Under the pieces are notes generated by a model, which saw only the letters and a program-made list of their open reading frames with translations, ran no database searches and was not told the origin of the DNA. Of a DNA stretch of 64,000 nucleotides, positions 13,721-29,842 are shown in pieces; positions within the stretch are counted from its first letter, which is position 1, and every line of letters starts with the position of its first letter. The stretch is from the human T2T-CHM13v2.0 reference genome, Homo sapiens. The stretch is from NCBI RefSeq assembly GCF_009914755.1, contig NC_060931.1, one strand, 5' to 3'. The position numbers and the translations under genes were made by a program.

Positions 13721-14273
13721 CTATGGAAAGAAACAGGTCAGATAAATGTAAGTGCAAAAACATTATAGAATAATTAGAGTAGCTTTACAATGATTAAAAG
13801 TTGTACAGGTTGTTTGACAGCAATACAAAGAAAAGCAAGTTAGACTTAAGTTAAATGTATACAGTGCTTCTTGACCACTTCACCTTGTATGGCAGGATAT
13901 TAACCCCCAAATTATGGTTCTTGCCCTTATAGGGTCTGAGGGCCATCACAGACAAAGCAAACAATGGAGCCAGCATCCTTTCCTCAACAACAGGGAATGG
14001 AGAAATTTAAACATATAGTCTTTCTGCACAAAAGGATTTGCTAAATATGCAGCCACAATTTAATTTGCTTTGATTGATCGTGATCATCTCATGTAGTGAA
14101 CTGTGACTTGGAACCCACCAGAGCATCCCATCAAAACTGCTTCAGTCTGTGGGTCTCAAAGCCATCTACCAATAATACACCTTCAACTACATCAGAGAAT
14201 ATTAATAGTTCACTTGAAGTAACATTTTACAACTTAGGAATTTTCACATTCCCAGGTTCAGGAAGTTGCTTAC

Positions 14274-14383
14274 ATTATAAAACAAAGCCTCCTTGGAGTG
14301 TTTCCCAAATCGTTTGTAGAGAGTCTCTTGGAATATCCCCATCCTTGCTGACATCAGAAGAGCAAAAGTCAATGCCCCAATAC
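14274..14383 (-). CDS. SLC35B4: SLC35B4 exon 7 (IGALTFALLMSARMGIFQETLYKRFGKHSKEALFYN)
   Basis: ttttAG acceptor, AAT|GTAAGC donor, 110 nt, cumulative 199 codons. Confidence 0.97.
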
Positions 14384-14469
14384 CTAAAAAACAAACATCA
14401 GGTGACAAGATGTCTGCATTTGTTCATTTCCAGATGTTTTTCTTGAAGAACATTATTGTTTAAAGTCCT

Positions 14470-15200
14470 GCAAATATTATGAACTAATTGTAGAACATGT
14501 ACAAAACTGTAAAAAGAAATAAAAATACATTATTACCATCTAGTCCTTTATAGCTTTCTACATCTCCTTATATATTCATTTATGTAAATTTTTTTACACT
14601 AAGACAGGATCAGATTGCATATGGAATTTTATATCTTGCTTTTTTCATGAGCTTTTGCCTGGAATTTTGCTTCAAATCAGTCATTAAAATTTTTTAAATA
14701 GAATGCTTTTAATGACTATGATATGGATGTAGCACACTTAAATGTATGAGGATGGTTATTTCCAATTATTTCATTATTAAAATCAATGTACATCCTTGTA
14801 TACAAATCTTTAAACAAATGTTGATATATTTTAGGATAAACCCTCATAAGTGGAATTACTGAGTCAAAGGCTGTGGACATTTAAAAAATACAATACACAA
14901 TATTTTTCCATAAATGCTGTGTCCATTTATACCCAAACTATTTTTATTATATAAAAATAGTTGTTTTACTGTACCCTCAGCAGCAATGAGATAACCATTT
15001 ATCATCTTGCCAGTATGATAGGCCAACATAAAAAGGTATTGCATGGGTTTCAATTTGCATTTCTCTGATTACTAGACTAGTGAGGCTGAACCTAAAATTG
15101 TTGGGTACTACTATTTCCCCCATGAACTATATGTTCATATCCTTTGCAAATTTTTCTTCTGGAGTATTTTTCTAATAGCACATAAGGATCTTTCTATGTT
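14470..15200 (-). mobile_element. Old L1M fragment
   Basis: agtggaattactgagtcaaagg...tttgcatttctctgattactag, typical of L1M 3' regions. Confidence 0.6.
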
Positions 15201-15883
15201 ACAAACAGCAACAAGGGATAAAGTCTCAAAGCCAAGAAGCAAGGAGAACACAGTTCTTTCACTGCTGTTTCTCTTCCAATTGGTCAGTCTCAATCCGTTA
15301 TTGTTGTCATTGAAAGCCCTTGGAACGAGTCTCAGCTCCATATCAAAAAATGTGAGAACAAAGCTCTACAGGAGCTGCCTATTTAATTCCACAGAGATCC
15401 TTGTATTTTTAAAAATTCCCCAGGAGATTCTGATAATCAGTCAGGTTTGGGAACACTGCCATATGGAACAGCTAACCTCTGAAGAAAATAAGTCTTTAGA
15501 AATGAGTCCCTCGGAAATTTAAAGAGTCAATTGCTCTAACGTGCCCTCTTGCAGAAGCTTCAACTTGGCAGACAGATCGTGAAGAGACGGATGACATTCA
15601 AAGGGTGTGATGTGCAAGTAGACACACACTTTTCTTTCTACACCAGTGGCAACCAAGAAAAACATGGATCCATGTTGTAGAACATACTGCCATGAATGTG
15701 GGGGCATTTTCTTTTTTTCATTTCTTGAACGCTAAGGCTCAGAGAAATATGATCCCAGGTGCCTCTCTTCCATGGCATAATTTGTTTAGCTGAAGCTTCT
15801 TGCCAAGAAACATTTCTCTTAGGAGAAAACTCAGCAAACACAACTGCAGAGGCAATTAGCTTTATTATAATTATTGTACTTGC

Positions 15884-15944
15884 CTAGTAACCACCACACA
15901 AATGCCTGGAATCCATCATTCTCACTCAAGCTGGACTGGGAAGT
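15884..15944 (-). CDS. SLC35B4: SLC35B4 exon 6 (TSQSSLSENDGFQAFVWWLLG), non-canonical GC donor
   Basis: cctAG acceptor; frame with exon 7 requires the donor TAG|GCAAGT; 61 nt. Confidence 0.95.
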
Positions 15945-16151
15945 CTAGGAAATAAGAAAATAAACTAGGTACAGAGAGCAGAACTACGTGCAAGGTGCCG
16001 ACATACAAGGGAAACATTTATGTTACCCATTTCCCTCCCCTCTTCTCTTTCAAAATCTTTGTATTACATAAAAATTTGAATTGTATTAATTGCCTGGTAA
16101 CTGGGCCCCAATAGCAAGTAGTGAACATAAAATAATTTGTGAGCTTCTTAC

Positions 16152-16233
16152 CACCTGCTTTGCTGACATAAAAGTGCAAATAAATATCCCCACAGACACC
16201 AGGGCAATGGAGGTATATTTGAATATACTGTAT
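16152..16233 (-). CDS. SLC35B4: SLC35B4 exon 5 (YSIFKYTSIALVSVGIFICTFMSAKQV)
   Basis: long polypyrimidine tract plus gcAG acceptor, GTG|GTAAGA donor, 82 nt, cumulative 142 codons. Confidence 0.96.
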
Positions 16234-18189
16234 CTGCAAAAAAGAAAAAAAAGAAGAAAAACACCTTAGGAAAGCACAGATATGAATTTCCCAGTGATAT
16301 TTACAGTCAGATGGTGCATGAAAGTACAAATCACTAAAGTATGACAGACAGGATTACTTTCCAGCAGAGTCCACAGAAGTATGCATATGAATGAATCAGG
16401 ATACTGACTGGTTTCTAACCAACACTTTTCCTTAGTACTGTTTAGTCTGTCTCCAACAATTTGTTGACCAATCGATTATTTCATCAGGAGACAAAAACAG
16501 AAATAGACCAGATGTGATGTTGCATTCTGCTCTCAAGAGTCCAGATGAAAGGCTGACCCAGTCCTTACTAGGATCTGTTGCTTTTCCTGTCTTTAGGGGG
16601 ACCAAATCTGTGTCCTAAGACACACTGTGCGAGTGGAAAAACAGGCTATCAGGTGCAAGCAGCAGGATTCAATGCTCAGAAAATAATCCAATCATCCATT
16701 CTCTGGGGGAGGCTTGTTTTTTTTAAATCTCTGAATGACTTAACGTTGTTTTAAAATGTTGGCATAGTTGGATAAGGGGGAGGATATTCAGATTATAGAA
16801 CTATGGGCTGTAATAACAGTAGCATTTCACATTAGCTAGTATCATTAGCACCCTCTCAGATTTTTGGTGATCAAGCAAAAGGCCTCAGGCAAGGATTAAA
16901 AGAAATTAAGAAGATGAACCATCCCAGGTTTTCTACTCAAATACATAGTATTGTCCTGGTCACAGTACCTCATAAAAGGCCAGCAGAACTAGCTAATGGG
17001 CAGAGAAAGGGACTAAAAGGGCCAAGAGGACCACGCTAGAGAGCGGTTGGGGAGGAAGCAGGTACGAGCGGAGGTACGGTAAAAAATAATGAACCTCTTC
17101 AGTCTGGAAAGATCACGCTGAAGAGGTTTACAACTGAGGCCAAAAATAATAATAAAGGCATGGGTAAGGTGAATATAAATTTGATATTCAAATCCTGGAA
17201 TGAGGAGCACACTATGAACTTGAGGGGCTTCTACCCAAGATAAAAGGAGATAAGAAGTTACTAATTCACTCTATTGGAAAGTTAACTTATGGAAATTCCT
17301 GCTCAATGGGAAAGAGATACACACAGAAAAGAGAGTCAAAAGGCTTAGATAGATGCAAGATGACACACTCAGAACAAGTTCTTAAGGGCAACAGATGCTT
17401 GAGAAAGACCCGTAACATTTTGGGGCACTATCAGGAGAATACAATTTCTCTTATAACATGTTCTTTTGTATCCTTGTCATGAGCCAGAATCAAAGGTTGG
17501 GAAAGAGCACAGGCCTGTCCCAAGGCGAATTCCACACTATAAGAAGCATGATGATCACTTCAAATGTAATAAACCTGACCATCATATGTATATATATATA
17601 TGTTTAAATGCAGAGAACCAAGAAGAAAGAAATCAACTACAGTAGTACTTTTCAGGGAATTCATAAGCCTCAGGAGATAAAGGGTCCATGATATGAAGCC
17701 TAGTAGGACAGGACAATTGTTCTTTTTATGACACAGCCCTTAATACTTAAAAACTCTAGGTTCTCACATTCTGAATTTACAGCTACTTTCCAAGCATGTA
17801 TAGAGAGCTTGGGGCTGGATATCAAATACATTGAAACGCTGCCATCAACTTGTATAATTTTGGTCTTAACAGTGAACTTTCCCTGATAAATTTCCCAAAC
17901 TGTATGTGTTGTCTCTTGCTAACATCCTTCCTCCTTAGGAGTGAGGGGTGAAGCTCAGAATGAAGGTGACAGACAAAAACTTTGAAAAAGCATCCCAGGT
18001 ACTTCTGGTATTTCCTGCTCCTGTCCCCCCTGCTCCTGTCCCAAAGAGAGCCATTGGTGATGGTCACAAAGAACAGTCCTGAACCTTTCATTCCATCTTC
18101 TTGGCTATTTGGGCCTTTTTAGGAATTTCCTTTTTAATATGTACAACCATTCCTTAGTTTGCTATGCTGTACTGATAAGCATCTTCTAG

Positions 18190-18632
<443 letters not shown>

Positions 18633-18925
18633 AACCTCTCTATCATCTTTGTAAGTTGGCTTCGCAGGTTAGTATGACACTAAAATTCAGTGATGCCAAG
18701 AGCTATTCAGTTCGACACAGAGACACCACAGGTGTGGCCTCTTACCTGATCAGCTGCTTCAGGACATTGCATGATTGGGCCTCACTGGTAAAGAACTAAG
18801 AAAAGAGGTAGATGGCCAGAAGCAAACTTATCACTATTTTGGGACAAGGAATCCAGGTGACTAGCTTATGGACAGGGGCTCAGGGTATCATTTCCATACA
18901 CAAAATACAGAGGTGTATTGTTTAC

Positions 18926-18975
18926 CTTTTCTTCAAAATGATAATTCCTAGAATCATGTTGGCAATTAGAGAACC
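18926..18975 (-). CDS. SLC35B4: SLC35B4 exon 4 (GSLIANMILGIIILKKR)
   Basis: ttgcAG acceptor, AAG|GTAAAC donor, 50 nt. Confidence 0.96.
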
Positions 18976-19156
18976 CTGCAAAAGGAGACAACAGTAACAG
19001 AGAGGTTTAGTGCACTAGGAAAAAAACAACGTAATTCGAGAGAATAGGAACATGGGCAAGGGGAAAAAACATGGAATGAAGGAAGCTAGGATGAATAATT
19101 AGTAAAGATTTAGTTGTTCTTATGATGGCAAAAGTATAAACCATAAAAATCTACTA

Positions 19157-19450
<294 letters not shown>

Positions 19451-19529
19451 ATATACGTATATATATATATATATATTTAAAAAACCGTTTAAAGATGACA
19501 ATGAGAATAAAAAGGATCAATTCTCAATA

Positions 19530-19662
19530 TAGTCATTATCAGCCCTCCTTATAGGCATGTTTTGCATCCCGTGAATACTGTATTTTCATATTTGTTTGAA
19601 AAAAATTTGCATATTTGTGGACCCACGTGGTTTAAACCCATGTTGTTCAAGGGTCAACTGTA
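19530..19662 (-). mobile_element. Tigger2/MER8-like DNA transposon remnant
   Basis: terminal CAGTTGACCCTTGAACAACATGGG on -. Confidence 0.7.
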
Positions 19663-19748
19663 ATTGCTCAGTGCTGAAGCCAGGGCTAGCACGAATAAAT
19701 GATATCACAGACTTATTTTTGTCAAAATTTCCATCACCTAATTTATAA

Positions 19749-20094
<346 letters not shown>

Positions 20095-20801
20095 CTGACC
20101 AGTTTTAATGGAAAAAGTCATGCAAGGATCTCTCTGTTCTCTAAAAAGGTGACAATCAATCAACAGGTGTTTATTGAAAGTCCACTATGTTTTCAATGCT
20201 TTGAAGGTCACCTTATTATAATTGCTTTGGAAACTCCCTTCAGGAACAGTACAATCTCACAAAAATCTCAGACCACATGGAAATGTTATCACCACAATTA
20301 TCAGCCTTTTTTGCCTGGAGTGCTTTGGGAGAAACCCTACCTTCATCAAGAATTTCCCTTTATTATCTCAAGTCTCTGCTTAAAAAAAAAAAAAAAAAAT
20401 CAGAAAAGACAAGTATCTCTTTCATGTTCTAGAAGTAAATGTACTTTTATGAAAGAAGAAGAGATAAGAAATAAGTTAAATAACATTAATAGCATGTTTG
20501 AATATAAAATCAAAGAGATGAGGGAAAATGAAGGTAAAATCTGTTTCCTAGGGAAAATTTAATTTTCTTTTTATTAATCACTCATTAGACCTCAGAAGAA
20601 TAAAAGTAAACCATCCACTTTGAGATTTCTCTTTTTGCCTTACTTCTCAGATGAAAGCCACCCTTGCTCACGCATTCACAAACCTATTCTTCTACCCAAG
20701 ACCACTTACTACAAGAACCTTCTAGTTCTGCCATATATTCAATCGATCTACTTAACTATACTTTTCAGAGGAACATATACACGTGATCCGGCAGCACTTA
20801 C

Positions 20802-20904
20802 GGATCTAAATATCATATGCAGGGGCATGGCAATGTTGAGATTCAGGGCATAGTTGTTCACCACGCTCACGGTGAAGAACATGGTCACCATTATGGCATA
20901 GTAC
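20802..20904 (-). CDS. SLC35B4: SLC35B4 exon 3 (YYAIMVTMFFTVSVVNNYALNLNIAMPLHMIFRS)
   Basis: tttcAG acceptor, TCC|GTAAGT donor, 103 nt, cumulative 294 nt = 98 codons. Confidence 0.97.
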
Positions 20905-21610
20905 CTGAAATGCAGACAGAACAGCTCATCAAACAGAATCTAGGATTTCAAGAAAATCAAGTATAGGAAATATATATTTTTGGCTAAAAAGGCATTTTGC
21001 CTGTTTCCTCTGCGTTGCAAGATTGCATCACTATTATGCCATGTCAACTACTAAGTACATATCAAAATGCTTCACAAAGCCAGACTAACATGGGAAAATC
21101 TAAGTTATAAAATACATTTAAAGAAACACTATTTAAAAATTTTCAAGTATACATAGCAACTTAAAATGATTGTATTGATTCTTTGTAAATAATTTTCATA
21201 TACCTCTGAAGAACTTGAAAATGGCTGATTTTCTCAAATACCTCCTCTATACACTTGTTTGTACTGTTAATTTTCGCTGTTTCTAAAGAAAGTATTTGCT
21301 AAGTTAAGGATTATTTTCAGCCTAGCAGCTGCTAAAATTCTCCCGCATTCTGAACTAGTGGCCTCCAAATTAATGAGGACATGGTTTGACTTGTACAGAT
21401 TTTTATTTAAAATCAGGGTCTCTGTTTTTTGAAAGTTTATAGGTCTTAAAATAATAGAAACAAAAACTAAAAAAAAAAAAATCCAGTAACCCTAATAACT
21501 TAAAGGGATAAATACAAATGAATTATTATGAACAGATGGATTAAACAAATAATTTTACATTTGTATGTCATCACTGTGATTCAGAAAATACATAAGATGC
21601 CTTCTACATA

Positions 21611-21692
21611 TATTGGGCCAAACCATATAAAATTGCCGTTTTTATAGGTCAAAAAGAGTTGAATGTCAGAAATTTCATATGACTCAACTTAC
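21611..21692. mobile_element. MADE2-like mariner MITE (degenerate palindrome)
   Basis: aaccatataaaattgccgtttttataggtcaaaaagagttgaatgtcagaaatttcatatg. Confidence 0.6.
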
Positions 21693-23004
21693 TATATTGA
21701 GTAAGAGAAAAAAACAGCATTTAAAATAAATGGCTAAAGAATGCAGGGCAAAAGCAAATAAGTGGTTCCATATTCTTCAGGAAATGTTGATCTTGGAGAT
21801 TCCCAACCATTTTCCACCTTTGCACATCTGAAGGATATGACAGCACTGAGTCCTAAGTGATCTTCCCTGAAAGAACCGATTCTGCGTTGCTAGTTAGGTG
21901 TGGAGCCATACACCACAACAGGCAGTCAAGCCAAGGCTGAATTAATATAGTCTGGAAAGTCTGAGGAACTTGACAATGAACACATATGCAAAATTACCAG
22001 CAACAGCTTCTTCACAGCTTCTAAATAATATACTATCAGCGACTTTACAAAGTTTCTTGCCAAATTTTCTTAGTTCTACCTTGAAGAGGTGCCATTTACA
22101 GAGTTTGTCAAGGTCTTTTAGGGTAATTAATTTAACTATTCCACATTGCTTGCCTAGAAATTGTGGATGGGGATGAACGACATGAGCAAAATTTTGTTTA
22201 TGGCTCCACCTACAGAAAATAAAATGGCCAACACACATAGGACATGCATGAGAATATGGTTATGAGGGCAAGATCACAGAGACCCTCAAAGGGCAGGATG
22301 GGGAGTCTGGACATCATTCAGAACATCGTGGTAACCACAGAGTGGGGCGACATGATAAAATGATATTAAGTGAAATGGACGGATGAAGACGTGGGAGGCA
22401 GGGAAGTCAGCCAGCTAGGATGCTATTATAAAAGATACGGTGACAGGGTATACTTCCTGATCTATGCTAGTGGTGGAGAGAATGGGGAGAGATAGTGGGA
22501 AGAGGCAGGAAAGGGCCAGAGGAGTCAAGAAATGCTGGGGCTTTTACTGCAATATAAATGCTGGTCTTTAGGGGCAGAAAGTTTTATGCAGATACTAAAG
22601 CAAATGAAAAACTAAAAGTATCTGGAATATTTAGCATCGCACTGGGAACTTTAAAAGTATAATATTAACAAAATTCAGCCAGATTTTCTATAGCAGGCTA
22701 CGTAAGAATGCTGCAAAAGAAAACCAACAAAGATGGGCCTTTGCCTTCATACTTGGATATATTCACACCAGAATGTCGCTCTAAACGGGAGTAAGTGACA
22801 TCATCCTACTAAATACTCACAACTGGATGGATTACACTTTTATCTCAAGTCACTCTCAGCAAGAAGGCTGAGTTTTCAATACACTGTTTAACATAAGAAC
22901 TGCCCTGTTTTCTATTTGGCCCCATGAGTACAATTATGCACATTTGGACTAATGTACTACAGGTCTGGCATCAACAAATTTTGACTTTGCTTGCCATTCA
23001 TTTT

Positions 23005-23125
23005 CTTTTAATTGAGGTGAAATTCACATAACATAAAATTAACCATTTTAAAGTGAACAATTCCGTGGCATTTAGTACATTCACAAAGTTATGTAACTAC
23101 TACCTCTATTTATTTCCAAAAGCCA
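23005..23125 (-). mobile_element. L1MB-type 3' end
   Basis: attgaggtgaaattcacataacataaaattaaccattttaaagtg. Confidence 0.7.
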
Positions 23126-23493
23126 TTCGTTTTTAAAAAGAAACAAGGATACTCCCCTTTTAGAATGTTTGATAACTTCACCAACACAGAAGACAGCACA
23201 AAATTTGTGGTCACACTAGGCCTTCTGACTAATCCTATACTAAATAAGAACACACACACATACACACTCTTGTCTCCATCATGGTTATTTTAAATCTTGT
23301 GGCAGAAATTTTATTTTCGAAGTAGGTACCCCGGATTTTCACAACATATTAAATTCAGAAAATGACTTATTATTCTACTGGTATCTTTGAAATAAATCTT
23401 ATAAAAGAATGTCTCATCCTCCTTTTATACAGGTACCACCTCTTTACTTTCTTAAAAAATCCAAAAGCTAAAAGAGACTCTAATGTACCATAC

Positions 23494-23607
23494 CTTATTG
23501 GGATAGCTGGTGGCTTCCTTCCCAAATCAGCTTCAAAGAGGAAGCCTTCCACAGCAATAAATAAAAATTGTGCAAATGTCACAATGTTCCCACATCCTGG
23601 ATGCTTC
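23494..23607 (-). CDS. SLC35B4: SLC35B4 exon 2 (KHPGCGNIVTFAQFLFIAVEGFLFEADLGRKPPAIPIR)
   Basis: ctatacAG acceptor, AG|GTATGG donor, 114 nt, phase fits exon 1; peptide is visible in ORF 23370..23645. Confidence 0.97.
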
Positions 23608-24080
23608 CTGTATAGTGAATAATAAAAGAGGGGGTGAAGGCACAAAAACTGAGATACAGAACACTAAAATGCATTCTAATTAGAGGGCCAGAATAACAGC
23701 GTGGATGGATTTCAATTACCCACTGTCCTTTATCTCAATGTTCATAGCCTTTGGATCACATATACTTAGCATTGATCTCACAGAGAAGAATGTCAAGCTT
23801 TCTTATTTAACTCTTCCTTGCGTGTATCAGGCCATGAGTGAGAATTACTGTGACGACACACTTGTTCCCAGAACTACGATACAGCTTTCCTAGTAAACTG
23901 CAGGAAATTGGTCATATGTTCTTATTGGGATCTTTGCTTCACCAGAAAGGTCTTTAATCAGGATCCCAGTCAGCTTAGGTAGCAAAGCCCAGGGACAGAA
24001 ATATGCTCAGGTCTCCTGGAATGTTTACATATCCCTCCTGACCAGGAATCACCAAGACTGCTGTCAAACGAAAAATGGAC

Positions 24081-24308
24081 CCAGTGTTGATGATAGGAAC
24101 ATTACTTTAAATGGTGCCCAGCAACGGGGCAAAATTGGTTCTTGGGATGGGGGAGATATCTTACTCTTTTTATAACAATAAAGTACAAATATACATACAG
24201 TACCTGAACCAGTACACACTATATCTATGGCAGGGGAGGGATTAAGAAAACAACGTCTAAAAAGTATTCTGGAGGAGGCATAATGAACAAAAGACTGAAA
24301 AACACTGC
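24081..24308. mobile_element. MER96B-like hAT element
   Basis: CAGTG...CACTG termini, ggcaaaattggttcttggg body. Confidence 0.6.
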
Positions 24309-24499
24309 CGTAGTCTACTATTCTCTACAGCCCTTAACCCAGTGTTTTGAATATATTAGGCACTCAAAAAATGTTTGTGGAATTCAATAGAGTCTCTTTA
24401 GTGATCTGTGAAACAGTTGGGGAAGATTCCCCACATTCAACAGTGATTGTTAGGAACAAATTTACAAAGTTAAAAACTTCCTCCTGACATTCATCTTGA

Positions 24500-24974
<475 letters not shown>

Positions 24975-25498
24975 TCTGTATTTTCATCTTGACCAAAGGC
25001 ATTTACCTGAAGCTGGTGAGAGGTATGTAATTGTATTATTACATATTAATATACTGCTACTTACCAGAAATGACTCCATTCTCCATTGGTATTAGTATTA
25101 TACAGCAATGCCAAGATATACAAGTCCTTAAATATACCCATTAGGCACAAAAATAAGACAATGCAGGCATGAGCCATTCTTCTACAGAACTAGGCTTACT
25201 AACTGAAGCAGAACTGTTGCTACTCTTTAAGCTCTGCTGCCTATGAAGGTTTCCTTGAAAACTGCTTTCTATTCAATTCAACAAGTTCTCTTTTAGCACT
25301 TCTTATGTTCAAAGGACAAGGCTAAATGCAGGAATCCATAAATAATCATGTAAGACATTTACCTCATTCAAGGACCTAATTAAAACCATTAGCCTAAATA
25401 TGAGTGACAGAAGGAACTTTAACTCTAGATGGTTCCTAGCACGGTGCTTTGGAACTCGGGCCAGCCTACTCTGCTTTTTAAAAACCTGTTTCCCAAAT

Positions 25499-25810
<312 letters not shown>

Positions 25811-28580
25811 CTATTTACCCAAAGAGGCTCACTCTCCCACTTCTAATTTGATTAGTCTGGGGTAGGACCCTGGAATCTGTACTTTTAAAAGCTTTCCACT
25901 TGATTGTCACATGCAGCCAGGTTGGAGAAATACCAGTCAAGGTGCAGGGAAAGGGCTGAGAGTGTATGTGAGTGCATGTGTCGCTGTATATGTGAATGCA
26001 CAGGTAGTTCTCAGGTGCTGACACAAGGTTGAGAACCACTATGCTCCACTGTGCTTAAAAGTACACACCGACATGCGAGATGTTGCTCTGTCACTTGCTA
26101 TGTGACAGAAGTGAATTAATTTATCTAAGTCTAGTGTTTTTATCTTTAAAATGGAAACCATATGAGTGCCTATCTCTGATTTATTGTAGAGTAAATGAGC
26201 CATCCCTGAAAAGCACTTAACACAGCGCCTGCCACAGAGTGAAAAAGGCAAATATGATGACCAGTATTTAGGATCTTGCATGCTGAAAGGTCTTCAGCCT
26301 TTAAAAGACATTCCAGTTGACTAAGTTTTCTCATCTCTAAAATGAAACTGATTTCACTGTCGTAGTGAGTATTCAATGAGAAAATACATGTAAGTGCCAA
26401 GCACAAGAGGTAATCCAAAAGAGGCTTCAAAGTTTCCTTCTATGTTCTCTTTAACAAGTTTAGGCCAAGTCAACTAAAGAACAATTATCAAGACTCAATT
26501 ATGTGTAGAGTTAGGTGGCTGCTTCCAGGGAGCCCCCAACTTGAATGGGACTGGATCCCTGCCCAAGAAGATGACAATATGGGAGAGCCAGATGCGAAGG
26601 AGGACGTCAGAAGCCAGTGCCTTAGCAGGGATGGTGATGGGACAGACCATGTCCCATTTACCTTTCTGCTCTCACTTTCGGGTCAGTGACCCACCTTTAC
26701 TCAAGCAAGAGAATGAATGTGAGGGTTCCAATGTGATCTAGAATCTTATAATTTCTACAAAAGATAAAAAGAGATTTAAAAAATGATTCACATGACATGT
26801 GTATTCGCTATAGGATTTTTAAAAAGGGCATCTTAATACTTTTTATTTTATGGAGGTGGGTATTGATATGCCCATTTCATTCCATTTCTAAAGACGCTGA
26901 GGGTCCCATTGCACTGCGTCAGGTAAGTCTCCCAGTGGTCAACGGCAAATAAATGGCATTTGCGGTTACCCTTAGCATTATGATTATTACAATTCAGTGG
27001 GGTTAAGTATGGGTTTTTAGTTGTGCAATAATTGCCACTATCTAATGTTAGGACACTCCCAAGAGATACTCTATTCCCATTTTGAGTCACTTTCCATTTC
27101 TTCCTTTTCCCAGTCCAGCAATAACCCTATTCTACTTTTTGTTTCTATTTCTATAGAATTTAAAAATCTCCCTAATGTACTCAAATAATTTAATTTTTGA
27201 AAGCTCAACTTATGAAGCCTTTTCGAAACACACTGTTGTATAGCTACCAATGGAATTATTTATTTTAACTTGAATAATTCATTTTAAAACTTCAGAGTAA
27301 AAACTTGGATCCCTTAATCTTGTTTTCTTGAGCTCTCTTCCTCAGGAATTGTAATCACTAACTGCAAACAGTTTCTCTTACTTTGAATTCTCTTGGCAAA
27401 AATTCCAATTTTTATTTAAAAAAGAATGCAACTTTGAAGAGAATGAATTGGGCAGATCGTTTATGCCGTTTGCATTTCTTTTGCTGAATTTAGGAAACTA
27501 TTTAATTCAAGATCAGGCACTTGAATGAAAAATAAAATAGGAAAAAAAATGTTTCAGATTGTTTTTCTGGTGTAAGGCAAGCAATAATATCTTGCCTAGT
27601 TAGTTAGCTGGTGTGTGTATATCTTGTTTCCAAGGTAGAATGTAAGCTCCCTAAGGAGGAATATCAAGGCACTCGTCCATTACTACCTATCTGCTCTGTC
27701 CACTGCATTGTGTTTTATTATTGGTCCCAATCATAGGGATAAAAATCAGAAAGAAAAGCCTGAGTTTGTTTTCCAATTTGGGGAAAATGGTTAAAAATGT
27801 CCTCTTCTTCCTGCAAGTCACTTAGCATTTATATTTAGTGTTATACTTGCTACTTATTAGGGCACCTACTGGCTCCAAGCCAGCCAATATAAAAAGCACA
27901 GTTCCTAGGCTATAAAAATTTATGGGGCTTCCACTGTGATGTCCCAAGATAAAGTCACAAATTCCAAGGCCATATCTAGAAAGAACCTTAAGGCCATCTG
28001 GTTCAACTAGCTCTTATTTTATTGATCTGTAACACAAGAAGTGGAGACTTGTCTTAGGAAAAGGCTCTATTCAGTCTGGTGCACCACTGATTATTTTAAT
28101 AAATGCACCTCCTCACCACTTTATGAAAACCCATTGTTTTATGCAAAAAATGCAGATTTACAAAAAAAAGATAAGTGATTTATTTACAAATTATTCAAAA
28201 TATTTTAAATAGGAGCTCCTATAATGCATGAAAATATTTTATAAAATTAGATTTGTCCACGACTTTGTAGGACCATAAATATATAAAAAAGAAATATATC
28301 TTTCTTTTATATATTAAAGAAATATATCTGTATTGAAACCAAATTGTTGGACAGAATGGGAAGCCCTACAAGTGTGCTTTAGGCTTCACATGCGCATCTC
28401 ACTTCATCCTTCAAAACTCTGTGAAGCTGGTAGAACCATCATCACCATCACCCCCTTTTACAGTTGGGTCAGACTCAGGGAGATCAAGTAATTCAGTCAA
28501 GGGCTCACAAACTAGTAAAGAGGGGATTCAGTTGCTTGCATATTCTCATGTCATACAGCCTTTGGCAAGATTTAATTTAA

Positions 28581-28958
<378 letters not shown>

Positions 28959-29468
28959 AACTTTTTTATATTTTCAAATCAATTGTTGCCAAAGTGGCCT
29001 TCCTTTAAAAGTGTATCAGATTTACAGTTGGATACAATTTTTTTTTCATTTTTTATCCCTCATCACCTATTCCCAAGTCAAATAACAGATCTTTATCAAC
29101 ACTTTCTGTACAATAAAATGTCAAGCTCCGTAACAGCAAAACTTAACCCCACACAGAGTTTACCTTAAGTAAACTGGTTGCTTTGGGATGATTTAATCAA
29201 TGATATCAAATAAAATAAACTTCTAGTAGGCACCACATGAAGAACTGGATGACCAAAATCTATGGGCTGCTCAAGTTCAAAACTGGCAGGGAGGTTGAAA
29301 AAAGTATTGGACTAGGAGCTTAGATATCTTGGGTCCCATTTCTGGCTCTGCCACTAACAAGTAGTGAAGGGTCACCTAACTTCTTTGGACCATTTCCACT
29401 TCAGTAAAACAGTTTATAATTCTTGACCAATCTTCTGCACAGGATTGTTCGGATGATCAACAGAGATA

Positions 29469-29842
29469 CAAGTTGAGTATCTCTCATCTGAAAATCTGAA
29501 CTCTGAAATGCTCTAAAAAATATGAAACTTTTTGAGCACTGATATGATGGCACAAGTGAAAATTCCACACCTGACACCTTTGCTTTCTGATAGTTCAACG
29601 TATACAAACTTTAATTCATGTACAAATTATTAAAAATATTGTATACAATTACCTTCAAGCTAAGGTTATGTGTATAAGGTGTATAAGAAACACAAATGAG
29701 TTTGTGTTTAGATTTGGGTACCATCCGTAAAATATCTCATTATGTATATGCAAATACTCCCAAATCCAAAAAAAAAAAAAAAAACAAAAAACACCAAATA
29801 ACACCCGTTCCCAAGCATTTCAAATGAAGGATACTCAACTTG
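29469..29842. mobile_element. Tigger4/MER46 (Zombi)-like DNA transposon, apparently inserted into a MIR
   Basis: TIRs CAAGTTGAGTATC...GATACTCAACTTG with TA target duplication. Confidence 0.85.

Noticed and set aside
21611-21692. Hairpin as a possible miRNA precursor
   Set aside because: Degenerate MADE2-like MITE with many mismatches between the arms.
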